Counted from the stretch's first letter, positions 35,548 to 43,675 are shown. The stretch is 64,000 nt of DNA from Chloroflexota bacterium (GCA_003171065.1 PMXQ01000112.1:1076-65075), one strand, 5' to 3'. Numbers and translations are program-made. Notes: a model not told the origin generated them from the sequence alone.

Positions 35548-35798
35548 CCACCGGCGTGTACTACTCGACCGACATCCTGCCCGGCTGGATGCAGCTGCTG
35601 TCCCGCATATCGCCGGCCACTTATGTCCTCGATGCAGTCCGCCGATCGCTGATCGACGGCGCCTCGGTGGACCAGCTGCTGCCCGATCTATGGCCGCTGC
35701 TGGCGATGGCCTTTGTCTTCATTCCGCTCGGGTTGTGGGGCTTCGGCAAGGCCGAGCGCTACGCCAAGCGAACCGGGAAGCTGAAGAGGGTGGGCTGA
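35548..35798 (+). pseudogene. Orphan 3' fragment of an ABC-2 permease gene (copy B, divergent)
   Basis: It translates to TGVYYSTDILPGWMQLLSRISPATYVLDAVRRSLIDG..IPLGLWGFGKAERYAKRTGKLKRVG*. An in-frame TAG lies two codons upstream, and the N-terminal TM segments are absent. Confidence 0.8.
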
Positions 35799-35801
35799 GC
35801 G

Positions 35802-36932
35802 ATGGCTACCCTTGACGTCGCCGCCGGCTCACCGGCGGCGCTCCCCTGCTCTGTCGAACCCCCCGACGCATTGCGCGCCTGGGGGTGGGATGCGGAGCGG
35901 GCAGTGGAGTTCGAGCCGCTTGCCGAGGCCGGCCTCTGGCCCGCCCGAGTTGCCGCGCAACATCGCGGTCTCTGGCTCGTTGTTGGAGCCAGGGGCGAGG
36001 CGTTCGCATCTCCAACCGGGCGGCTACGTCATCGTGCAGACGAAGGCGACCTGCCTTCGGTTGGCGATTGGGTCGGCTGTGTCTCTTCGCCTCATGACGG
36101 CGAGGCGCGGATTGACCTCGTTCTTGCGCGGCGCTCGATGTTCCGCCGGAAGGCGGCCGGGTCTCGCCTTGCCGCTCAGGTCGTCGCTGCCAACGTAGAC
36201 ACCATCTTCGTGGCCACATCACTCAACGGCGACCTGAACGAAAGACGGCTCGAACGGTACGTGGCGATGGGTCGCGAATCCGGCGCCGAGCCGGTCGTGC
36301 TCCTGACCAAGGCTGATCTTGCCGACGCAGACGCACGCGATTCGGCTGTTCGCCTTGAAACGGAGCTGCGTGTCCATGTCATCGCCCTCAGCTCTCGCAC
36401 GGGCGAAGGTCTCGACTCAGTGTCCCGCTGGTTCGCGGCGGGAAAGACGCTGGCCCTCGTCGGGTCGTCGGGCGTCGGCAAGTCGACGCTGCTCAACAGG
36501 CTCGCCGGTCAGGAGCTGATGGTCACGCGCGAGATCCGCGAGGACGACGGCCGTGGCCGCCACACCACGACTCATCGAGAGTTGTTCTTGCTGGCCAGCG
36601 GAGCGCTGGTTCTCGACACGCCGGGAATGCGAGAGTTCGGACTCTGGGATGCCGAGGACGGCGTCGACGACACGTTCGCGGAGATCGTCGAGATCGCGGT
36701 TGGTTGTCGTTTCGCCGACTGCTCTCACAAGTTCGAGCCTGGCTGCGCTGTCCAGGCGGCCGCGGCACGTGGAAGGCTCGACCAAGCCCGTCTCAAAGCC
36801 TATCGTCGCCTGGCCCGCGAACTGGCCGACCAGCCGAAACCAGCGACACGTCGCGAGAAGGACCGGCAGTTCGGCAGAGCGGTTCGCAATGCCTCCGCCG
36901 AGCGTATGGCTCGCAAGCGCTACCCCGGCTGA
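35802..36932 (+). CDS. rsgA: Ribosome small-subunit-dependent GTPase A
   Basis: VVANVDTIFVATSLN, LLTKADL, GSSGVGKSTLLNRL, GRHTTTHRELF, DTPGMREFGLW, and the zinc knuckle CRFADCSHKFEPGCAV. Confidence 0.9.
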   Translation: MATLDVAAGSPAALPCSVEPPDALRAWGWDAERAVEFEPLAEAGLWPARVAAQHRGLWLVVGARGEAFASPTGRLRHRADEGDLPSVGDWVGCVSSPHDGEARIDLVLARRSMFRRKAAGSRLAAQVVAANVDTIFVATSLNGDLNERRLERYVAMGRESGAEPVVLLTKADLADADARDSAVRLETELRVHVIALSSRTGEGLDSVSRWFAAGKTLALVGSSGVGKSTLLNRLAGQELMVTREIREDDGRGRHTTTHRELFLLASGALVLDTPGMREFGLWDAEDGVDDTFAEIVEIAVGCRFADCSHKFEPGCAVQAAAARGRLDQARLKAYRRLARELADQPKPATRREKDRQFGRAVRNASAERMARKRYPG

Positions 36933-36934
36933 TC

Positions 36935-37046
36935 ATCCCTGTCGGGCTGTGAGCTCAGAAGCCGGCGTCAGCTGTGATAACGCAGCAGCGTGAACTGGGC
37001 CGAGCACCACGCCAGGCGAACCGGGAAGCTAAAGAGGGTGGGCTGA
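36935..37046 (+). pseudogene. Degenerate relic of the last ~80 bp of the permease gene (copy E)
   Basis: ATCCCTGTCGGGCTGTG matches 34866..34882 of the intact gene. After a ~45-nt unrelated insert, the last 48 nt (36999..37046) differ from the B tail 35751..35798 at about 5 positions. Confidence 0.65.
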
Positions 37047-37087
37047 GTCTCAGAAAGTCGGCGCGTGGCCCTGACACAATTGCGCCC

Positions 37088-37783
37088 ATGACCTACGAGT
37101 CAGAGGCGATTGCTCGCGCGTTCTACGCCGCGCTGACCCCGGCCGGTCTGGCCGGCAGGACACAGACCGAGTGGGACGAACTCATCCTGCGCGACCTGGC
37201 CGAGCTGCTCCCGCCCGCGAACCGCATCCTCGACGTGGGCTGCGGCTACGGGCGCCTGGCCGTGCCCCTGGCGGTCGCGGGATACCAGGTCCAAGGCCTC
37301 GACCTGTCCGCCGTGATGATCGAGGCGGCGCAGGAGAACGCGGCCGAGGCCGGCGTGCGCATTCCGTTCGTGGTCGGGTCGATGACGGATCTGCCCTACG
37401 ACGACGCGTCGTTCGACGTCGTGCTCTGCCTGTGGTCGGCCTTCCACGAACTCCTCGAAGTACACGCCCAGACCGCGGCCATCCACGAGATGTGGCGCGT
37501 GCTGGTGGGCGACGGGATCGGCGTCATCGAAGGACCGCCCTACACCTCACCAACGGCGAAGGAGATCGCGCGCGGCTACCGGCGCGGACACGAGCATCGC
37601 GTGCGCTGGGACCTTATCGATGGTTTACCCAACCCCCACTACGTCCACGACGAGCGCAGCCTCGCGGAACGCTGTCGTGCGGCCGGTGTGACATCGTTCG
37701 ACGTGCTGCCGCGGGATTGGGGCGGTCGTCCTCGCCTCCTTCTTCGCCTGCGTAAGCTGCATCAAACGAGCCTCACCCGATGA
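37088..37783 (+). CDS. Class I SAM-dependent methyltransferase
   Basis: Motif I ILDVGCGYGRLAVPLA, plus QGLDLSAVMIEAA and FDVVLCLWSAF. The start ATG 37088 is chosen because the longer track ORF reads through relic E. Confidence 0.85.
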   Translation: MTYESEAIARAFYAALTPAGLAGRTQTEWDELILRDLAELLPPANRILDVGCGYGRLAVPLAVAGYQVQGLDLSAVMIEAAQENAAEAGVRIPFVVGSMTDLPYDDASFDVVLCLWSAFHELLEVHAQTAAIHEMWRVLVGDGIGVIEGPPYTSPTAKEIARGYRRGHEHRVRWDLIDGLPNPHYVHDERSLAERCRAAGVTSFDVLPRDWGGRPRLLLRLRKLHQTSLTR

Positions 37784-38584
37784 CCAGCTACCGACCATCC
37801 GACGCCGTCCTCCAGGAATTGACTGCGGGACTGCGGTCGGCACTCGGGGCCGACCTCGTTGCCCTGTATCTGTATGGCTCGTCGGTCTCCGGCGGCTTCG
37901 ACATCGGCGTCAGTGACATCGACCTGCTGGCCGTCACCTCGGATGATGTCGCTGAGACTGACATCGCCGGCATCGAGGCATTTCATCGGCTCATCGTCGA
38001 GCGACATCCAGAGTGGGGTGACCGGCTCGAAGTCGTCTATGTCGGTCGCGATACCCTTGCCGGCTTCCGAGCAGGCGGTCCCCTCGCCGTCATCAGCCCG
38101 GGCGAACCGTTCCACATCCGCAACGGGGTGGAGCTGTGGCTACAGAACTTCTACCTCGTCCGCGAGACCAGCGCCACCCTCTTCGGCCCCGGCCCCGCCG
38201 ACCTGATCCCTGCCATCTCCTGGGGCGAGTTCATGGCCGAGACCGCCCGCTACGCACAGGAGGTGCGACATCGAAGTCTCCGAGACGCGACGCCGGCCGC
38301 GCGGGCGTATTGCGTCCTCACGATGTGCCGGGCCGCTCTGCACGATCCAATCCGAGCGTCCTTGCTCGAAACAGGAGGGGGCGGCATACATCCGGTCGCG
38401 GCGGCCCGAATGGGCATGGCTGATTGCTGCCGCTGAACTCTGCCGTCTCTCCCGAGGGCAGGTGGGCTTCGCGAACGACGAGACGCGAGTAGCAGCAGAG
38501 AACCTCATCCGGCTTCTCGGCGACGAGATTTCCGTTGCACCGATCCTTCCGGACCATCGAAAACGACAGACGGGGGCCGCATGA
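37780..38584 (+). pseudogene. ANT/AadA-like nucleotidyltransferase (NTase + DUF4111-like domain) interrupted by a frameshift near 38330..38345
   Basis: NTase motif LYLYGSSVSGGFDIGVSDIDLL. After ..LTMCRA the homologous continuation LCTIQSERPCSKQEGAAYIRSRRPEWAWLIAAAELCR is in another frame. That frame ends with a TGA overlapping the ATG of the next gene (ATGA at 38581). Confidence 0.6.
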
Positions 38585-39096
38585 GACGATCGAAGGAGAT
38601 ACCAACTGCCACCACGAGCTATCGCGCCGTCGAGCTCGAGCGCCGCTTCGCCGCGGCGAACGGCGACGTGATCGCGTTCGTCCAGGGCCTGACCGACGAC
38701 GACTGGTGCGCTCCTTGTGAGCGCGAGGGCCGGAGCGTCGGCCAGGTCGTCGAGCACATCGCCGCTGGACACCTGATCATCGGCGGGATCGTCGAGGCCA
38801 TGGCTCTCGGGTCGCCCCTGCCAGTCGCCGCCAGACGGACACAGGCGACCGGCGCGCGTTACAACGCCCGCCAGGCTGCCCGTTTCGCTGATCGCTCCCG
38901 GAAAGACGGCCTTCGGTCGTTGCGGAGGAACGGCGGGATCGTCGCGCGATTCCTGGCCAGCCTCACGGACGAACAGCTCGACCGGGCGATTGACACTGCC
39001 GAAGGGCCGATCACGACGCGAGACGAAATCGAGCATGGGCTGATTGGCCACGCTCTTGGCCACATAGAGGCGGTTCGGGAAACGGTGGCGAGGTAG
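38581..39096 (+). CDS. DinB-family (DinB_2 / mycothiol-dependent-enzyme-like) protein
   Basis: FVQGLTDDDWCAP...VGQVVEHIAAGH...HALGHIEAV shows the His-triad-like pattern of the DinB fold. Confidence 0.7.
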   Translation: MRRSKEIPTATTSYRAVELERRFAAANGDVIAFVQGLTDDDWCAPCEREGRSVGQVVEHIAAGHLIIGGIVEAMALGSPLPVAARRTQATGARYNARQAARFADRSRKDGLRSLRRNGGIVARFLASLTDEQLDRAIDTAEGPITTRDEIEHGLIGHALGHIEAVRETVAR

Positions 39097-39275
39097 GCGG
39101 CCGTGCGCCGCGGCGTGCCTTCTCCCCAATCCGAAGACGACGCGGTTCAGTGTATTGACAATCGGCCCATACGCCGCCAAGGATCGCCGACATGCAATCC
39201 AACCCTTTCTACTCCAGCGACCTCAACACCGCCTGCCTATGGCCGCGAACAGGTCTGGGTGTGCCGACGGCCTGA

Positions 39276-40031
39276 GTGATGTCATGGCATGGCGCGTCGT
39301 CAGGCGACGCGCATCAGGCGGCAAGGGCGGTTGGCCGTGCGCTGCTGGGCGCGCTCGGCGACGATCTCGTGGGCGTCTATCTCCACGGCTCTGCCGCGCT
39401 CGGCGGCTTCCGCTGGGAACGGAGCGACCTCGACATCCTGGCGCTGAGCCAAAGGGAGCTCTCGGACCGGCAGATCGGTCAGGTCACCCATGCGCTCGCC
39501 GCCTTGTCCTACCCGGCGAACGGCCTGGAGTTCAGCCTCATGACGGCGAGCGAGGCATCCGCACCCGAGTTCCCTGCGCCACGGTTCCAGCTCCACATGA
39601 CCACCTATGGGACAGCTCACATTGGCAAAGTGGTCGATGGTCGAGCGCGGGCAGGAGATGCCGACCTCGTCCTCCATCTGGCTGTCTGCGAAGTGCGCGG
39701 CATTGCGATCGTCGGGCCACCACCGCGCGAGATCCTCCCTCCGATCCCGGATAGCGCCGTCGCAGCAGCGATGCACGAGGAGATTGATTGGGCGCGCAGG
39801 AACGCTTCCCCGGAATACCTGGTTCTGACCAGCGCCCGGGCCTGGCTGTTCGCCGAGACGCGCCGAATCGCGTCCAAGATCGAGGCCGGCGAATGGGCGG
39901 CCGAACGCTACGGCGAACCGGACGTGATCGAGGCCGCTCTCGCTCGTCAGCGCGGGGCTCAAGCCGAGATAGCCGTGGGTGCAGCGGAGCGGCTGGCCGA
40001 ACACGTGCAGCGCCTCACCGCGCGCGGATAG
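39276..40031 (+). CDS. ANT/AadA-like nucleotidyltransferase-domain protein (second copy, intact)
   Basis: VYLHGSAALGGFRWERSDLDILAL (GS..D.D), with a C-terminal helical DUF4111-like region. Confidence 0.7.
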   Translation: MMSWHGASSGDAHQAARAVGRALLGALGDDLVGVYLHGSAALGGFRWERSDLDILALSQRELSDRQIGQVTHALAALSYPANGLEFSLMTASEASAPEFPAPRFQLHMTTYGTAHIGKVVDGRARAGDADLVLHLAVCEVRGIAIVGPPPREILPPIPDSAVAAAMHEEIDWARRNASPEYLVLTSARAWLFAETRRIASKIEAGEWAAERYGEPDVIEAALARQRGAQAEIAVGAAERLAEHVQRLTARG

Positions 40032-40138
40032 GCTCGCCCTAACGTCTTGCTCACCTGGAGGCAGTTCAGGAGGCCGTGGCAAGGAAGACGCCCAACGCCG
40101 CTGCGCCCCCCTGCTCCGGCACTTCTGCCCGCCAGCGG

Positions 40139-40383
40139 CCACCGGGGTATACGCACCGCTTCCGCCCTCGATTGGCCCGCTCCGCTACATCGACGTACTC
40201 TCGCCCGCGACCTATGTGCTCCGGGGTGTGCGGTCGGCGCTGATCGACGGCGCCGGGCCGGGTTGGGGCGAGGTGGCGATCCTGGTGTCAATGGCCTGCT
40301 TCTTCACCCCGCTCGGGCTGTGGGGCTTCGGCAAGGAAGGGCGTTATGCCAAGCGCACAGGCAAGCTCAAAAGGGTCGGGTGA
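40139..40383 (+). pseudogene. Orphan 3' fragment of the ABC-2 permease gene (copy C)
   Basis: 40144..40383 aligns colinearly with 34703..34942 at roughly 85% nt identity by eye. It translates to TGVYAPLPPSIGPLRYIDVLSPATYVLRGVRSALIDG..GLWGFGKEGRYAKRTGKLKRVG*. Confidence 0.85.
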
Positions 40384-40439
40384 TCGCCTACTGAGGGCTG
40401 ACTGGACCGCACGGTCGTCGGGGTGATCGACCAGGACGG

Positions 40440-41111
40440 CTACGGAGTGCCTCGATACGACGCGCGGGTCCCCGAGCCATCGAAGAGCCAAGCCGTGCCC
40501 TCGACAAGATCGATCTGCGCGTCGTCAACGTGCAGGTGCGCGTCGTCTTCAAGCGCGAGAACAGGCATCCTGTGGAAGGCGTGATACGCGGCAATCCGCT
40601 CGTCTCGCTCGGGCCTGGCGTCGCGAGAGAGGAAATGGACGTTCAGGCTGAATGGCACAAGCCCGAGTCCCGCAAAGTCTCGACAGCCGCACACATTGCC
40701 GTCATTGCTGTTGAGGATGTCCATGCCGCACAGGACCGCCCCGGCGCTGAAACCGATGAGCGGGAGGCCGTGGCGGACACGCTGCGCGATCTCAGCCATC
40801 AGACCGGCTTGTTGGAGCCGGTCAGTGAGCACGAAGGTGTTGCCACCAGGGACGTAGAGAAGAGTGATCTGATCGAGCATCCGCAGGATCGAAGCGCGAT
40901 CCATCGACACGGGATCAAGAAGCTCGACTGCCGCGACCTCTGAGAACCACGACCGAGTCTCTTCGAGGAAGAAGGCGGCATCCAGCGCCGCCGCCGGCAG
41001 ATACCCGACGGAAGGTCGGTCTGAATCCGCCAGATACCCACGACTCGAATCAAGCACACGGGACAGACCATCACCCGGCGTCGCCATCAGGTCGAGTCGA
41101 AGTCCGGTCAT
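40440..41111 (-). CDS. Peptidase S51 family (dipeptidase E / cyanophycinase-like) protein
   Basis: LLYVPGGNTFVLTDRLQQAGL...LIGFSAGAVLCG (nucleophile Ser elbow) ..NVHF. Confidence 0.75.
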   Translation of the reverse strand: MTGLRLDLMATPGDGLSRVLDSSRGYLADSDRPSVGYLPAAALDAAFFLEETRSWFSEVAAVELLDPVSMDRASILRMLDQITLLYVPGGNTFVLTDRLQQAGLMAEIAQRVRHGLPLIGFSAGAVLCGMDILNSNDGNVCGCRDFAGLGLVPFSLNVHFLSRDARPERDERIAAYHAFHRMPVLALEDDAHLHVDDAQIDLVEGTAWLFDGSGTRASYRGTP

Positions 41112-41262
41112 CGTGTCCCTTTTGTCACGGATAGCCGCCTAGACTCTCTGCGGGCCCATCCGCCACGCCAAGCTTACGGCCAGTGGGCGCTGGGCCATGC
41201 GCTCTTCGCGGCATCTGGTTCTATGCCTTTCATGCCGGCGGGCCACCCCTGGACATCGTCTG

Positions 41263-41537
41263 CCACCGGGGTCTACGCGCCACTTCCGTCGTCGATTGGT
41301 CGCAGCGGGCTGCCGCTTCGTCGGCTGCTTACATGAGCTCGAGCCCGGCTGTGCGGTGCGGACGGCGGTCGCCGACGGCCGGCTCGACCCGGACGGCTCA
41401 AGAGTTATGGCCATCTCGCCCACGAGGTGGCAGAACAACCTTCGACCGCCCAACGGCGCGAGAGGGACCGGCGGTTCCAAAAGGCCGTCCGCAACGCCTC
41501 GGCCGAAAGCATGGCCCGCAAGACGTACCGCTGGTAG
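41263..41537 (+). pseudogene. Chimeric relic: permease fragment (TGVYAPLPSSIG) fused to a frameshifted rsgA 3' end (copy D)
   Basis: 41268..41301 matches 34703..34736. 41302..41537 encodes AAGCRFVGCLHELEPGCAVRTAVADGRLDPD, then a 1-nt deletion, then LKSYGHLAHEVAEQPSTAQRRERDRRFQKAVRNASAESMARKTYRW*. This is homologous to the RsgA C-terminus at 36700..36932. Confidence 0.75.
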
Positions 41538-41595
41538 CGTCGACTCTCGGCGGGTGGGGCGACATTGCGTCTTGACCGCGCGGGCGGCGGCGGGG

Positions 41596-42186
41596 ATGCT
41601 CACGCGGATGCGCGATATGCAAGCACCGTGCCGCGCCGGCCTGGTGGCGTTGTCGCTGGTCCTGATATGCGCGGCCTGCTCCGGCGGTGCGGCGACGCCC
41701 GCCCCTGCATCTCGATCCGTGGAGGAGACCGATATGGCCGGCTTCGAACTCAAGAGCCCGAGCTTCGTCGAAGCGGGACCGATCCCGATCAAGCACAGCT
41801 GCGACGGCCAGGACGTCTCGCCGGCGCTGGTGTGGGAGGGCGCTCCCGCGTCGACGGCCGCGCTGGCCCTCATCGTCGACGATCCCGACGCTCGTGGATT
41901 CATCCATTGGGTCGCATACAACATCGCCGGCGGCCCGACCGGCGGGCTGCCTGAGGGAGCCGGCTCGGCGAGCGCGCCTCCACAGGGGCGCAACGACTTC
42001 GGCCGCGTCGGGTGGGGCGGTCCTTGCCCGCCCGGCGGCACGCACCACTACAGGTTCACGTTGTATGCGCTGTCAAGGCCACTCACGCTGAGCGGCACTC
42101 CATCGGCGAGCGAGGTGCGCGGCGCTCTGGCCCGCGTCCTGCTAGGCCACACAACGCTGACGGCGACCTACACCCGCCGGAAGTAG
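41596..42186 (+). CDS. YbhB/YbcL (PEBP, Raf-kinase-inhibitor-like) family lipoprotein
   Basis: Lipobox LSLVLICAACSG, plus LIVDDPDA..FIHWVAYNI, GWGGPCPPGGTHHYRFTLYAL. Confidence 0.85.
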   Translation: MLTRMRDMQAPCRAGLVALSLVLICAACSGGAATPAPASRSVEETDMAGFELKSPSFVEAGPIPIKHSCDGQDVSPALVWEGAPASTAALALIVDDPDARGFIHWVAYNIAGGPTGGLPEGAGSASAPPQGRNDFGRVGWGGPCPPGGTHHYRFTLYALSRPLTLSGTPSASEVRGALARVLLGHTTLTATYTRRK

Positions 42187-42295
42187 GCCGCGCGGGACCG
42201 CCGCCGCGGGCCGACCCGCCGGGCCGCGCCCGGGCCTCCAACGAAGCCGGAGCGGGCGACCGACGCCGGTGCGGGCACCCGGCCGGAGATCCGGT

Positions 42296-42757
42296 CTAGG
42301 CGCCTGCCGCCGCTTCCTCGGCCTCGAGCCGGGCCTTGAAAGAAGCGAAGCCCTGATCCGCGGCCTGCTGCATGGGCCCCTGGATCATCGGCTCGAACCC
42401 GCCCAGCAAGCCGCCGAGCGTGGCATCGGCGACCCAGGTCGTGCGAGTCAGCTTCGGACCGAGCTCCGCCAGATCGATCGAGCCGGTTCCGTTGATCGGC
42501 CCGCCCATGACCGAGCCCTGGATGGTCGCCGCGATTCGCGATGGTGCTTCGAGATCGGTCACCTGCAGATCCAGGACGACGCTCATCGGCACGGCCCCCG
42601 CGGGCGCGGAGACCGTGACCTTGTAGTGACGGTCGTCGATCTTCTCGATCTGGGCCTGGCCCGAGGAACTCGAGGCGGTCGCGCGGTTCGGGTTGCTGAC
42701 GGAGTCCCAGACGCGCTGGCGACTGGCCGCGATCTCCGTCTCTCCTGACAGATGCAT
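42296..42757 (-). CDS. SRPBCC-superfamily protein (CoxG-like)
   Basis: MHLSGETEIAASRQRVWDSVSNPN... and its length match the CoxG pattern. Confidence 0.7.
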   Translation of the reverse strand: MHLSGETEIAASRQRVWDSVSNPNRATASSSSGQAQIEKIDDRHYKVTVSAPAGAVPMSVVLDLQVTDLEAPSRIAATIQGSVMGGPINGTGSIDLAELGPKLTRTTWVADATLGGLLGGFEPMIQGPMQQAADQGFASFKARLEAEEAAAGA

Positions 42758-42949
42758 CGTTCCTCCGGGGCGCGAATTGGCTGGTGGATGGGTCGAGCCT
42801 CGTCATGTTAGCGGTTGCACGGGGCGGCTGGCCGGCCGAGTCGAAGCCGCAGCCGCGTCCGTGGCCGCTCACGCGCCGGGCGCTCCCCGTCTTACCTCCC
42901 GCTTACATACGCTCCACGGGCTGGGCATCGGGCGACGTATCCTGCGCCA

Positions 42950-43663
42950 ATGAAAACCATCCTTGTCGTCGACGACGAGAGGAACATCGTCGAGCTGGTC
43001 CGGCTGTACCTCGAGAAGGAGGGCTTCGCCGTCGTGGCGGCCGGCGACGGCGAGCAGGCGCTCATCCAGTACGAGCGCACCGATCCCGCCCTGGTGGTGC
43101 TCGATCTGATGCTGCCCAGGATGGATGGCTTCGAGGTCTGCCGGGAGCTGCGCCGCCGGGGCGACGTGCCGATCCTGATGCTGACCGCCCGCTCGGAGGA
43201 TGTCGACGCGATCGTCGGCCTCGAGCTGGGCGCCGACGACTACGTGACCAAGCCGTTCAACCCGCGGGCGCTGGTGGCGCGAGTCAAGGCGATCCTGCGC
43301 CGCACCGACTCGACCGCCAAAGGCGGACGGCCGATCGAGGTCGGCAATCTGCGCATCGATCCGCGACGGCGCGAGGCGCTTGTCGGCGACCGGCGTCTCG
43401 AGCTTCGCGCACGCGAGTTCGACCTGTTGGCCGCGCTGGCGCGCGATCCCGGTGTCGTGCTCACCCGCGACGCGCTGCTCGAGGACGTGTGGGGCACGGA
43501 CTTCCCGGGCGAGACCCGGACCGTGGATGTTCACGTTGCGGAGGTGCGCAAGAAGCTCGGCGATGACGGGCCGCAGGTGGAGACGATCCGCGGCCTGGGA
43601 TACCGGCTGGTGCCTCCTTCTCGGGGCGCGGCTGGCTCCGGCCCGTCACCCGTCGCCGACTAG
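42950..43663 (+). CDS. OmpR-family response regulator
   Basis: MKTILVVDDE.., VVLDLMLPRMDG, KPF, and C-terminal winged helix ..VDVHVAEVRKKLG..IETIRGLGYRL. Confidence 0.9.
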   Translation: MKTILVVDDERNIVELVRLYLEKEGFAVVAAGDGEQALIQYERTDPALVVLDLMLPRMDGFEVCRELRRRGDVPILMLTARSEDVDAIVGLELGADDYVTKPFNPRALVARVKAILRRTDSTAKGGRPIEVGNLRIDPRRREALVGDRRLELRAREFDLLAALARDPGVVLTRDALLEDVWGTDFPGETRTVDVHVAEVRKKLGDDGPQVETIRGLGYRLVPPSRGAAGSGPSPVAD

Positions 43664-43675
43664 AGGCGCCCACCA

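Larger units (their letters stand above)
34703..41537 (+). other. Cassette array delimited by orphan copies of the permease 3' end and the rsgA 3' end
   Basis: Copy A is 34703..34942 (part of the intact gene). The orphan copies are B 35548..35798, E 36935..37046, C 40139..40383 and D 41263..41537. All are in the same orientation, and similarity ends at each stop codon. Confidence 0.8.

Noticed and set aside
34943-35815. 290-aa plus-strand ORF spanning cassette 1 and copy B
   Set aside because: It is antisense to the lipoprotein gene for most of its length. Only its last residues coincide, out of frame, with the permease-tail copy. There is no domain signal.
36974-37087. N-terminal extension of the methyltransferase ORF (start at 36974)
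   Set aside because: The extension is simply read-through of permease-tail relic E in another frame (..RQANREAKEGGLS). The methyltransferase fold begins after ATG 37088.
39979-40383. 134-aa ORF treated as a possible functional small permease-like gene
   Set aside because: Its upstream half overlaps the 3' end of the NTase gene in another frame. Only the last ~80 codons are permease-like, with one or two TM segments, which cannot form a transporter. It is interpreted as orphan fragment C.
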